Shown here piece by piece: positions 1 to 10,105 of a DNA stretch of 64,000 bases (positions are counted from its first letter, which is position 1; the number at the start of each line of letters is the position of its first letter). The position numbers were made by a program, and so were the translations under genes. Location: NCBI GenBank assembly GCA_963825865.1, contig CAWGVG010000023.1, positions 1-64,000 of the forward strand, written 5' to 3'. The notes beneath the pieces were generated by a model, which was not told the origin of the DNA, made no database searches, and worked only from the letters and a program-made list of their open reading frames with translations. This DNA comes from an uncultured Nitrososphaeraceae archaeon (GTDB taxonomy: Archaea; Thermoproteota; Nitrososphaeria; Nitrososphaerales; Nitrososphaeraceae).

Positions 1-139
1 ATTATAAATTAAAAAAATATTTTAAAATGGTTAAGACAGGTCCCTTTAGTTTTCAGTCCAATCCTTTTATAGCATAAGTGAAGGAGCCGTACTATTACAG
101 ATTAATGGTTTATTAATTCCTTAGTCAACACGTTTGCTG

Positions 140-598
140 TCAGAAAACTAGTTCATCAATAGTTAATGTTCGGACACAATATTTGCATTTTAATATTATT
201 TTTTCCTTGTCTATGATGTTGATAGTTGGTTTAATATCTTCACCATTTGTAACACATTTCAGATTAGGACAACGAAATATTCCAACAATAGAATCAGGAA
301 GCTGAATCTTACGCTTTTCAAATAATCTATAGCCTTTAATAATGTTAATAGTTGCGTGTGGCGCAATCAACGCAAGTTTGTTAGTCTCATTTTCCTCTAA
401 AAACCTATTTTCTACTTTGATAATGTCTTTCTTCTCATGCTTACTGCTTGGAACGTTTAAAGCAACTGTAATGACATTCCCTTCTTTACCAGTGATGTTT
501 AGCGCCCGTAAAACAAATAGCGCCTTGCCTGATTCAATATGGTCAATTACTGTTCCGTCTTTGATTCTACGAACAAGAAGTTGACTTGTGTCGGACAT
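140..598 (-). CDS. pyrI: Aspartate carbamoyltransferase regulatory chain
   Basis: IKDGTVIDHI, KKDIIKVE, LALIAPHATINII and Zn ligands CPNLKC...CKYC. Confidence 0.97.
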   Translation of the reverse strand: MSDTSQLLVRRIKDGTVIDHIESGKALFVLRALNITGKEGNVITVALNVPSSKHEKKDIIKVENRFLEENETNKLALIAPHATINIIKGYRLFEKRKIQLPDSIVGIFRCPNLKCVTNGEDIKPTINIIDKEKIILKCKYCVRTLTIDELVF

Positions 599-854
599 TC
601 ACTATTACGGCTATATTGATTTAACTTATAACCCTAGCGACAAATGGCATACGCCTGCTTTAGACTTTTTGGGCTTGTCAATGAATATATGCTCTTATCT
701 AAATCCATGTTGTTTCTTTTCTTTATCATGTTGATCAAACACATGGCTAATATTTTAATGGCGACAAGATCCTACAATTTCTCAGGTACAGTTGTAATTT
801 TAGAATCACAAAATGCTAGACATCGCATTGTCATGTTTGCACAACTCATATGAT

Positions 855-2297
855 CTATCTCCAAGACTGTTTTCTGATTGTAAGTCCAGCCCAAACAAGC
901 AACCAAGTATATACAAATGTCGAAAGAACCATAAATAGTGGACGATACAGCCACAATTTATCGCCTGGATTACGTAATCTATAATCTACTCCATAAATCA
1001 TTGATGTAAACAATAGCCCTGACAACCAAAGCACAGGCGATAAAATATTTCCAGCAAGAGGTAGCATAATTGCTGCGTGTAGTAGGATAAATGGACGAAT
1101 AAATTTCATACCAGTTTGTACGTAATATAACATAGCTGCATAAAAAGGACGCCTCCAAAATATTCTACCTGTTGAAGACAGACTCCTGAGGAAACTCTTT
1201 TTCCATCTTATCTGCTGTTTTACAAGACCAGGAAGGTTATCGGGTACTCCTACAGTTACTCTAATACTTCTACTGAACAACACTTTCCAATATGCTTTGG
1301 GCCTATCTTTATCATCATTGATATCTGGATCCGAAGATGATTTCATCGTGTCTAGATCATCTTTTCCAATCTGTAGTATTGGAATCTTTTTACGATAATC
1401 ATCTTGTTTGTTATCCAATTTAGGCTTCGTCCCAAGTACATGTGCAGTCATACGTCTGTCAGTACAGAACTTAAAATCAACTCCAAGAAAACGGTCATGT
1501 GCCCAATCATGGATGAAATCCTGTATAGCTTCTCTTTTATAGAAACTCAAAGAGCCTGAACAGCAGGTAAGTGAATTAAACGAGCTTTCGGATCCTTTTA
1601 TCACTCTATACGATCCATCAATGTATACTTGTTGCATCTTGAGTAATATATTATCGCCATACGCACCTCTGACTCTTCCCTGAGCAGTCACTGCGCCAAC
1701 TAGCCTATCTGAGAGGAAAATCTTGACTGCTATTTCGACTGCATCACCATCCATATCACAATCGCTATCCATAAAAGCATAAATTTCGCCTTTAGCGATT
1801 TGACTCGCTACTTCTATCGCTTGTTTTTTGCCGACACTTTTTGATAAGTAAATTATAGATAACTTATCTGGTCCTACTTCTGTCCGAATTTTAGCTAGAA
1901 TTTTAGGCGTATTGTCAGTACTGCAATCATCAATTATGATAACTTCTTTATTTTTATATGATTGATTGACGCAGGATAGAACACAATTTCTTATATTATC
2001 TTCTTCATTTTTTACTGGCACTACAATTGAAACAAGAGGCAATTTAACATTTGAAAGGTCAATGTCTTTGGCTTTAATATAAGGATCTTTGTATGCCAGA
2101 TATGCGCGTGCCAAAATATTGAACAAGATAAAAGTTGTAAGGAAGCTATAGACCCCCAATATCCTATCCATTACAAATAACAACAAGTAAATTTTAACTA
2201 CCAAAATGGTAGCAACTGCCACGAGGATCAAGAGCCTTACCATCCATCGCTTCTTGTCCATTTCTCTGAATTCTGTTGTATGCTGTTGAATAGTCAA
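855..2297 (-). CDS. Processive GT2 glycosyltransferase, hyaluronan synthase/NodC-like
   Basis: N- and C-terminal TM helices; IDDCSTD, GKKQA, DSD, CCSGSLSFYK, TDRRMT, QQIRWKKSF. Confidence 0.85.
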   Translation of the reverse strand: MTIQQHTTEFREMDKKRWMVRLLILVAVATILVVKIYLLLFVMDRILGVYSFLTTFILFNILARAYLAYKDPYIKAKDIDLSNVKLPLVSIVVPVKNEEDNIRNCVLSCVNQSYKNKEVIIIDDCSTDNTPKILAKIRTEVGPDKLSIIYLSKSVGKKQAIEVASQIAKGEIYAFMDSDCDMDGDAVEIAVKIFLSDRLVGAVTAQGRVRGAYGDNILLKMQQVYIDGSYRVIKGSESSFNSLTCCSGSLSFYKREAIQDFIHDWAHDRFLGVDFKFCTDRRMTAHVLGTKPKLDNKQDDYRKKIPILQIGKDDLDTMKSSSDPDINDDKDRPKAYWKVLFSRSIRVTVGVPDNLPGLVKQQIRWKKSFLRSLSSTGRIFWRRPFYAAMLYYVQTGMKFIRPFILLHAAIMLPLAGNILSPVLWLSGLLFTSMIYGVDYRLRNPGDKLWLYRPLFMVLSTFVYTWLLVWAGLTIRKQSWR

Positions 2298-2634
2298 GTC
2301 ATAAAGCCTCTGGATATCTATTTTTTAGCTGCATGTTATTTAAATCAACAATTATGGTCTGCTGTGCTATGCTATACTCCAAATTGTCTTTAAGGCTTGA
2401 TAGATTTGAATAATCTATGTATAAAACCATAATTGTTTATCACATGTAGTCAAATGTAGTTTGGCCTAATTAAACTATTTCTTAATTCTTACAGTATAAT
2501 TTACCCGTGAACTCTGCTCTGTATATCCAGTATTAAAAACATTTCACTATGTAAAAGAAAGGTATCCTCCAAGAAACTTGCTGCCTTGTATCAAAATCCT
2601 AACTTTTTTCAACCCTTTACTTTAATATTTTTTA

Positions 2635-3408
2635 TTGACAAATACCTTGTTATTTGATACGGCACACATTGATAATACTTTGTGTAAGAAAATACTTACA
2701 ATTCAAAATATTGACTTTGAAACACTTGGAACCTTAGAAGAATTAATTCATTCAGATGGTTATCAAATTGAAAACATTGAGGCACAAACTGACACAATTC
2801 CAAGTAAGGCAGATAGATATGTTGCAATTGTTATCTTAGGAGGCCCAATGGCTGTTTATGATGAGACGAACTATCAATACTTATCGAAAGAGCAAGAACT
2901 AATAAGAGATGCAATAAAAAATGAAGTTCCTGTTCTTGGAATTTGTTTAGGATCCCAATTAATTGCTCAGGCTACTGGAGGCAGAGTTTATAGAGGCCCC
3001 AAAAAGGAGATCGGCTGGTTTAACGTTACTCTTACACCTAATGGACATGAAAGTCTGTTTAAAGGTATCAAAACTAAAACAGTGCGAGTTTTTCAATGGC
3101 ATGGAGATACTTATGATCTTCCCTCAACAGCTAATATCATGGCATTTTCAAATTTGTACCCACAGGCTTTTAAGGTTGGCAGTGCGATCGGTATGCAATT
3201 CCATCTTGAAGTAAACCGCAAAATGATAGAAAGATGGATACAAGAATATAGTCAAGAGATAAATAAAGAACATATAAAATCAGATGATATTCTTTTACCC
3301 AACAAAGCCAAAGAGATTAGAGACTCATATGACAGATGTAAAGTCGTTTATTCCAACTTTTCCAAGATGATAGATAAATTCAGAGGAAAAGATATTGGTG
3401 CTAGATGA
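2635..3408 (+). CDS. Type 1 glutamine amidotransferase (GMP synthase-like); true start probably near 2680
   Basis: LGGPM, GICLGSQL nucleophile elbow, QWHG, QFHLE triad. Confidence 0.9.
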   Translation: MTNTLLFDTAHIDNTLCKKILTIQNIDFETLGTLEELIHSDGYQIENIEAQTDTIPSKADRYVAIVILGGPMAVYDETNYQYLSKEQELIRDAIKNEVPVLGICLGSQLIAQATGGRVYRGPKKEIGWFNVTLTPNGHESLFKGIKTKTVRVFQWHGDTYDLPSTANIMAFSNLYPQAFKVGSAIGMQFHLEVNRKMIERWIQEYSQEINKEHIKSDDILLPNKAKEIRDSYDRCKVVYSNFSKMIDKFRGKDIGAR

Positions 3409-3522
3409 GTTAACGAATACTGTTAAAATGGCCTTTCGAGTGTGGTAATACTGAGACAAAATTGCTTTGATAATGAGGCATGGGCTTTGACAAGTAATAA
3501 ATATGTAATTCTTATTTCATAC

Positions 3523-4644
3523 TCAAATTCTTTTATTTTTCATGTATATTCGCTTCATTTGTGCTGTCCATGGAGCTTTCTTTGTGTAGAGTTCCTTTGG
3601 TTTTCTTTGTTTACACTCCGAGAGTGCATATGAACATAAAAGAGGGAAGTAAACAGAAGAATCTCCGTAAACTATTACATTTCCTTTATGCGATGTCTTG
3701 ATCTTTCCCCAACTCTTTCCTTCCTGTAAGGTTGCACCAGACAGACCCCCGGTGTCAGGTCTCGCATCAGTCAGTTGGATAATGTAATCATGCCCACCTT
3801 CCTTTAGCTTCAATATCTGATATAATGCTGGGCCAGTCTGCTGGAAAAAATTCTTTGGAACGCCTCCACCTAATTCAAGCCCACCAGATTCTGTCACTCT
3901 TCCATAGAATTGGCAGCTGACTCGGCTACATCTAAAATTACATTTGGAAAAATCCCCCTCCCTTGAAACAAGAGGGGAAGCATATTAAGGCCAATTGAAG
4001 AGTCAGCTATTGCAGGCATGTAAACCGGCACATTATGTTCATATGCTGCCACTACAAATGATTTTTCAGGATGGTTTGAATTCTCTTTTGCAGCCTTACC
4101 CAACGCATAAGATATATCAGCGGTTGATGGAGCTATAGGTATCTCTGTCGCCTTTCTCTTGAAATCATTTTGAACAATAACATCTTGAGCCTGCAATGTT
4201 CCTACCTCCTTTATATAGACATCATAGATTCTGACTATTTGTTTTGAATATAGAATATCGTCATCAACATTAAAGTGACCCTGCCTATACCGGCAAATCA
4301 TAAGCAAAATGCAAATCATGATATACATTAGCGCCAGTTGTAACGATCCAATCGATAAAGCCATTCTCAATCATAGTCGCAATCGCCTTGCCCATCCCAA
4401 TCGGAGTCATCGCACCGGCTAGAGTCAAACAGACTGTGGAGTTTGTGTCAATCATAAACTTCATTATTTCTGCGGCTTCGGCAAGCCTGCGACCATTATA
4501 TGCTGTTGAACCAAAAAAATCAATTAGTTGTGAAACAGTCATCCCTGGAAAGATATTTGGCGGATCAATTTTCTTACCAGTGAAACTATGTCTACCATCC
4601 ATTCTGATAGTAAAATTTCCCTTGCTTTTAAAAATTCCATTCAA
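3523..4644 (-). CDS. Deoxyhypusine synthase-like protein (SpeY/homospermidine-synthesis type), split into three ORFs by indels
   Basis: LAGAMTPIG, TTGANVYHD, DSSIG, GGGVPKNF, DTGGLSGATLQEGKSWGK across ORFs 4285-4644, 3894-4370 and 3523-3897. Confidence 0.85.
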
Positions 4645-4856
4645 TATTATTATTATTATTATTTTTTAACAACAGACGGGACATTCAGGACTTGAAGAAA
4701 TTTCTTTTATATTAACTATTTTGCGCGTAATTGCCAACTACTAACTATTGAGTCTACTATATGATCAAAAGTGCCTTCTCTTTTTCTTTCCTATCGAACC
4801 CTTATCGGCCTTGCAGAGTATTATTATTGAAATTATTGTCTCTATGGAATTGTAGA

Positions 4857-5810
4857 TTAAATATTGAAGTCTGCCATAAAATAAGACTCTAGACCCCGAT
4901 CTGTATGAGCATTGAAGACAGCAAAACTGGCATTATTTATCTTGCATAAAAAGTCGGTTAACTCGTATTCATTTAGTATGGCTGGGTTATCTGTTATAGC
5001 CCTAGTTGCCCAGTGGTTTTTGCTTTCATTTACTAGGTGCAATTGGATTTGTTTTTCTTGTCCGCACTGAATCGTGACTGTCTTGCTAGGATTTGATGGG
5101 CTATGTAATGTTAATTTTTCAGGTTTTGGATCTGGCAACTTCGCTACTAAAAGGTAGATTGTCTTTCCCCTCCAATCAATCTTGATCGACTCCTTAATGA
5201 ATAATGGCAGCTTATTTTGAAATTCGCGGAGGTTCATATTAATCAAGTCTTGAACCTGTTCATTGATGCCGCCGAGTATTTGGCCTTCACATCTGTGATC
5301 AAGCTGTTGTTGTATATCTTTCTCCTTTTGATTTTCTTCAAAGTACACGAACTTTATCCAAGTCTGGAGGCAATTTTTGCATGTTTGAGCCCTATATCCA
5401 AAAACATCTTTTGGATTGACCGAAGTTTGCAGATTAGGACTGATGCTATCATTCTCCTTCACGTTTTGCCAGCTTGCCACAGGCCAAATTCTATTGGTTA
5501 TGAAATTCTGATCGGTACTTGTCATTGGTCGTGGACGAAAGGCTAAGTTGGCCTGGTTTCTTCCATATTGTCGCCAAAATTCTTCTTGGATTGTGTCAAG
5601 ATAATTATTTTGCTTTTTCCTTGAATGATAATTGAATGCTTGTTTTGGGATTGGTGGATAAAGAGCACCTCTTTGCCTGTCAGCAATATATTCGATAAAG
5701 GGAACAAAACGTCCCATTCTATCGGGACAAATATCGATATGTCGCTTTATATTCCATCTTCTACTCGAAGGCTGGCCACACGTAATACAAACCCATTTTG
5801 GGAACCTCAT
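4857..5810 (-). CDS. Hypothetical protein with N-terminal C2HC zinc finger and a second CxxC site
   Basis: 317-aa ORF; CITC-x12-H-x3-C, later CKNC...HRC. Confidence 0.7.
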   Translation of the reverse strand: MRFPKWVCITCGQPSSRRWNIKRHIDICPDRMGRFVPFIEYIADRQRGALYPPIPKQAFNYHSRKKQNNYLDTIQEEFWRQYGRNQANLAFRPRPMTSTDQNFITNRIWPVASWQNVKENDSISPNLQTSVNPKDVFGYRAQTCKNCLQTWIKFVYFEENQKEKDIQQQLDHRCEGQILGGINEQVQDLINMNLREFQNKLPLFIKESIKIDWRGKTIYLLVAKLPDPKPEKLTLHSPSNPSKTVTIQCGQEKQIQLHLVNESKNHWATRAITDNPAILNEYELTDFLCKINNASFAVFNAHTDRGLESYFMADFNI

Positions 5811-6209
5811 CTTTCCTTTATTTCACCGTGTTAGACTATGCTCGCTCTGCTCTAAGGCTCTCAGAGTTAGAGCACAAGAGATCAATCGCATGAAGTATAT
5901 TATAGAATATAATTATATATAATATTTACTGTATAAGATTAATACAACTTTTATAGTAATTCGCATTTGACCTCCCATCAAGTACTATACAGTATCCATT
6001 TCATTCCCCAAAGTTTGGTGGTAGGTTTAGAGCATTGTAAAGATCTATCTAGTTCAATTATGTAAAGTATATCACTGCTTGTTATGAATTAAGATTCTAA
6101 CTTTATAGCGATAGTGGTTCTATAGAAACCCCATGAACCTTCGTTTTTAGAATTCTAATTAAACATCTAGACTTTACACAAAAACCGCATCTCTTACTAA
6201 ACAATGCAG

Positions 6210-6424
6210 TTATCTTAACATAACTTTTGTTATTCTCTTTTCCTTAATTTGTCTTATCGTAGTCTCTGCATCAAACCACTTTATCATGACATATCCGTTT
6301 TTAATAAATAAATACTATAAGATTCTCCATTTTTCACGCTCAGTTTTTCTCTAACTTCTTTTGCTAGAGTAACTCTTCCATTGCGAATTATTCTTGATAT
6401 ACCTAACACGTTTTCCCAAGGCAT
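6210..6424 (-). CDS. AbrB/MazE/SpoVT-family DNA-binding protein (frameshifted; not in ORF track)
   Basis: Manual translation MPWENVLGISRIIRNGRVTLAKEVREKLSVKNG, then LIVFIY/GYVMIK in shifted frames. Confidence 0.7.
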
Positions 6425-6752
6425 ACCAACAGCATTACTTGAGTGTTAAAAATCTATTAAGTTAACATAGCAGTTATAATAACATTTGAAATTCCTTAAA
6501 GATTAACAAGACTATCTCTAGGATTCGCTTTAGAGCATTGCGAGTTCTTCAGCATGTAGGTTCTCAAAATCTATTATCTATGTGTAAGGCATTGCAGGTA
6601 ATATCCCATGCAAAGCAGATTTTACTTCATTTAGATCCTTACCAGAACTTGCCAACACCAGCAGATACACTCAAGTATAATTTACATAATTTATTATGAG
6701 TTATTTACATGTTGAAGAAGACGTTTTATACTGAGCGTAACGATATGCATCC

Positions 6753-7727
6753 ATGACTCGCAGTACTGAAAAAAGTAAAAATAAAGATGGTTTTCTAAGT
6801 AGTGCTGTAAAGGACTATTCAATAAAATCAAACAATATTACTTCAATCTTTAGCAGTATGGCTGATTCTGGCGGCTTTGAATCAAAGAACCTTTCTGACG
6901 GTGTAAATATCTTGCGAAGGATGCAGGATGAGCAAGGATGTACAAAATTCTTATCATTTGTAGGAGCATTGATGTCTACGGGTGTCAGAGGGATTATTCG
7001 TGATATGATAAAAAACAAAATGTTTGAATGCATAATTACCACTTGTGGCGCTCTTGATCATGATATCGCTAGAACATATAATAGGTATTATGCAGGCGAT
7101 TTCAGAATGGATGATTTTACACTTTTGAAGAAAAAAATTCACCGTCTAGGCAACATCTTAGTTCCTATGAATAATTATGGTCCATTAATTGAAGAAAAAG
7201 TGCAGGCATGTTTAAAAGATATGTATGCTAGGAAGGGCAGTTGTGAAGTCTCAATTTATGAAATCACTGATTACATAGGAAGTACTCTTGATGAATCATC
7301 GTTCTTGTATTGGGCTCATAAAAATAAGATTCCAGTCATAGTTCCAGGTATAGTCGATGGTGCAGTTGGAAGTCAGATTTGGTTATTTCATCAACAGCAC
7401 AAAGACTTCAAAGTGGATATTCTAATGGATGAAACTAAATTATCTGATCTTATATATGAGGCGAAAAAATCTGGTGCATTTATGATTGGTGGTGGTATTT
7501 CAAAACATCATACGCTATGGTGGAATCAATTTAAGGGGGGATTAGATTATGCAGTTTATATTACAACCGCCTCAGAGTGGGATGGAAGCTTAAGCGGTGC
7601 TCTTGTTGCAGAAGCAATTTCATGGGGTAAAGTAACAATAGAAGCATTGCACACAACAATTCACGGAGAAGCAACTACGTTGCTGCCATTTATCTACGCT
7701 GCTCTTCTAGAGCATAAAAAAATGTAA
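6753..7727 (+). CDS. dys: Deoxyhypusine synthase (aIF5A modification)
   Basis: TTCGALDHD, HRLGNILVP, PGIVDGAVG, GGGISKHH, DGSLSGA, EAISWGK with catalytic Lys. Confidence 0.93.
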   Translation: MTRSTEKSKNKDGFLSSAVKDYSIKSNNITSIFSSMADSGGFESKNLSDGVNILRRMQDEQGCTKFLSFVGALMSTGVRGIIRDMIKNKMFECIITTCGALDHDIARTYNRYYAGDFRMDDFTLLKKKIHRLGNILVPMNNYGPLIEEKVQACLKDMYARKGSCEVSIYEITDYIGSTLDESSFLYWAHKNKIPVIVPGIVDGAVGSQIWLFHQQHKDFKVDILMDETKLSDLIYEAKKSGAFMIGGGISKHHTLWWNQFKGGLDYAVYITTASEWDGSLSGALVAEAISWGKVTIEALHTTIHGEATTLLPFIYAALLEHKKM

Positions 7728-7874
7728 CGTTATCCTGGAGATATAAAGCATTAAGTTGCAAGTGGAACATAATAAGAGAGAAGATAATAGATGAAAATTA
7801 GCACTTAATTTAACGAAACCAATATTGTTTATGCGGTATCCCTTTATAATAATTATAAATCAAGGTAATAATGC

Positions 7875-8443
7875 ATAAAACACCAACGAGATTATGATAC
7901 AATTTTGCATGCGAAATGATTCTTCGCAAACAAAATACCTCAAACTACTGATGACTCTGACGCACATTACAGGAGAAAAATAGTTATCAGTTTCCCTAAT
8001 ATGTTTGAAGGAAATAACGATGATCCTGATTTGCTTGCAAAGTTAATGGCAGAGGAGGAATTATCAGGTATTTTTAATGTATTGATGATTGCATTGCAAC
8101 GCCTATTAAAAAATAATAGCGTATTTGTAAATGAGAAAATTATCCAAACGCGCAGAGAAAAATATGAAATGGCCGCTGATCCAAGTGGCTCATTTATAGA
8201 ACACGCAGTTGCAAGAGATTCTGAAGAATCTGATAAGACACCCAAAGACCTACTTTACAATGTATACAAACGATATTGCAAGGAAAATAAATTGGCAGTA
8301 GAATCCGGGAACTTTGGCAAGATTCTGAAATCATTTCCAAGAAGCATTTCCAAGACGGAAGGGAGGCATCAGGTGAACGCAGAACCGTTTGGAAAAGAGT
8401 CATGCTAGTAGTACAACCACTTAGTGAGGATAGTTTGGGCTGA
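7875..8443 (+). pseudogene. C-terminal remnant of a P4/D5-family phage/plasmid primase-helicase (SF3)
   Basis: ANKIPQTTDDSDAHYRRKIVISFPNMF, EELSGIFN, LYNVYKRYC, NFGKILK; no N-terminal primase or Walker A. Confidence 0.75.
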
Positions 8444-8807
8444 GTGTCTGCACAGTCTGGATGCTGTGCATGCTCTAATGCTGCATTCTGTATGTTGGAG
8501 AGACATATCCCGCAATTGAAAAAAGACTTGCAATAAGACAAAGAAAAATTACTAAGAAAAGGGGATGGTTAAAAAGACCAGCTTATCCTAGCAAGGTAGA
8601 TTTAGAGAGGCTAGGAATACAAGGTCAGGGAAAGAGATGGGAAATATAGGATACCTTTAATAGCAAACAAAGTGATTATTAGAGATCGTAATCCAAAATA
8701 TAATTCTTATTGTATAATGCAGTTTAAATCAAGATATTGATACAAAATGGCGGAATTTTTATGATGGAGATAGTAACTCATAAGTACTCCGTCTGGCATT
8801 TCGTTTT

Positions 8808-9689
8808 ATGGAATTTGTCGACACAAGTATAGTCGAGCAAATTGAGATAAAAATGATACATCCATCGCAGTTTGCTATCAGAGACAAATTTCAGAAAATG
8901 ACCCCTGGAGATGATACATTGGTCAGCAGTATTAGAGAACACGGTTTACTCCAACCCATTCTAATACGCCCACTTGCTCACGGCTTTGAAATAGTAGCCG
9001 GGCATAGAAGATTTCAGGCTTGTAGATCGCTTAGGTGGCGCTTTGTACCATGTAAGCTTCGTGAAATGTCAGACAAACAAGCGTATGAATTACAATTGAC
9101 AGAAAATATCCAACGCAAATCTATGGATCCAATTGAGGAAGCAGAAGCATTTAGAAGATATGTTATAGACTTTGGATGGGGAGGTGTAAGCGAACTGGCA
9201 AAGAAGTTAGGTATGAGTGAGGAATATGTATCGCATCGAATCCAACTCTTAAAGTTACCAGACGATATCAGGCAACAAATTCTCACAGAACGACTAAATG
9301 TTAGTCAAGCAATAGAACTTTCAAATATCCCTTCAGAAAGGCAATCAGAAATAATAAGCCAAGTAATAAACAACAACCTCACTGTAAGACAGATCAGGGA
9401 GGTAAAATCAATTCTAAAAGAAGAGGGATTATTTGAAGGTGGGCATAACTATTCCAAAGGCATATCCAAATCAGTTCGAGTCGTTCGCGTTACCAAGAAG
9501 ACATCTTTGGCTCTAAAGGTTACTCTTGCTAGGTTAGATAACTTGATAGACGAGGTTCATAGTACCATTGAACCAGAACAGAGAGCGGAAATTATCAACT
9601 TTCTCATGGGATTCAGACTGAAGATCCATAATATGATTGACGAAACTATACGTTTCAAAAATACGAGTTTAAAATTAATGAAGGATTAA
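8808..9689 (+). CDS. ParB/RepB/Spo0J family partition protein
   Basis: SIREHGLLQPILIR, AGHRRFQA, ENIQR, HTH GVSELAKKLGMSEEYVS. Confidence 0.93.
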   Translation: MEFVDTSIVEQIEIKMIHPSQFAIRDKFQKMTPGDDTLVSSIREHGLLQPILIRPLAHGFEIVAGHRRFQACRSLRWRFVPCKLREMSDKQAYELQLTENIQRKSMDPIEEAEAFRRYVIDFGWGGVSELAKKLGMSEEYVSHRIQLLKLPDDIRQQILTERLNVSQAIELSNIPSERQSEIISQVINNNLTVRQIREVKSILKEEGLFEGGHNYSKGISKSVRVVRVTKKTSLALKVTLARLDNLIDEVHSTIEPEQRAEIINFLMGFRLKIHNMIDETIRFKNTSLKLMKD

Positions 9690-10105
9690 AAACTCTCCCG
9701 GCCGGTCTAGATGTAGATGATATTTATTGTATAATTTTACTCTATCATAATCATTATGCGCTGCAGCAGATGAGTATATAATTACGTCATTATACACCAC
9801 AAAATCAGACCACTTTTATAGATCTGAATGATGCTTTCCATAATGGTGTTCGATATACCGTGGGATATGAAAAAGAAATACCAATGCATTCTGGCCTAAT
9901 AAATGCTGTTTACTCATATTGGATCATCCAGTGTATAAATAAAATGTATCTCTTCTCCAAAAAATGTATAGAATATTACAAAGAAATTGGAAGATATGGA
10001 AGAAGTTGCAATAATAAAAAACCATACATTGCTGCATAACTTGTTGCTCCTCTGGATCTTTGTTGATGTTTATTTTTGCTTTTTGTTTATCATTCCTTAT
10101 TACCG

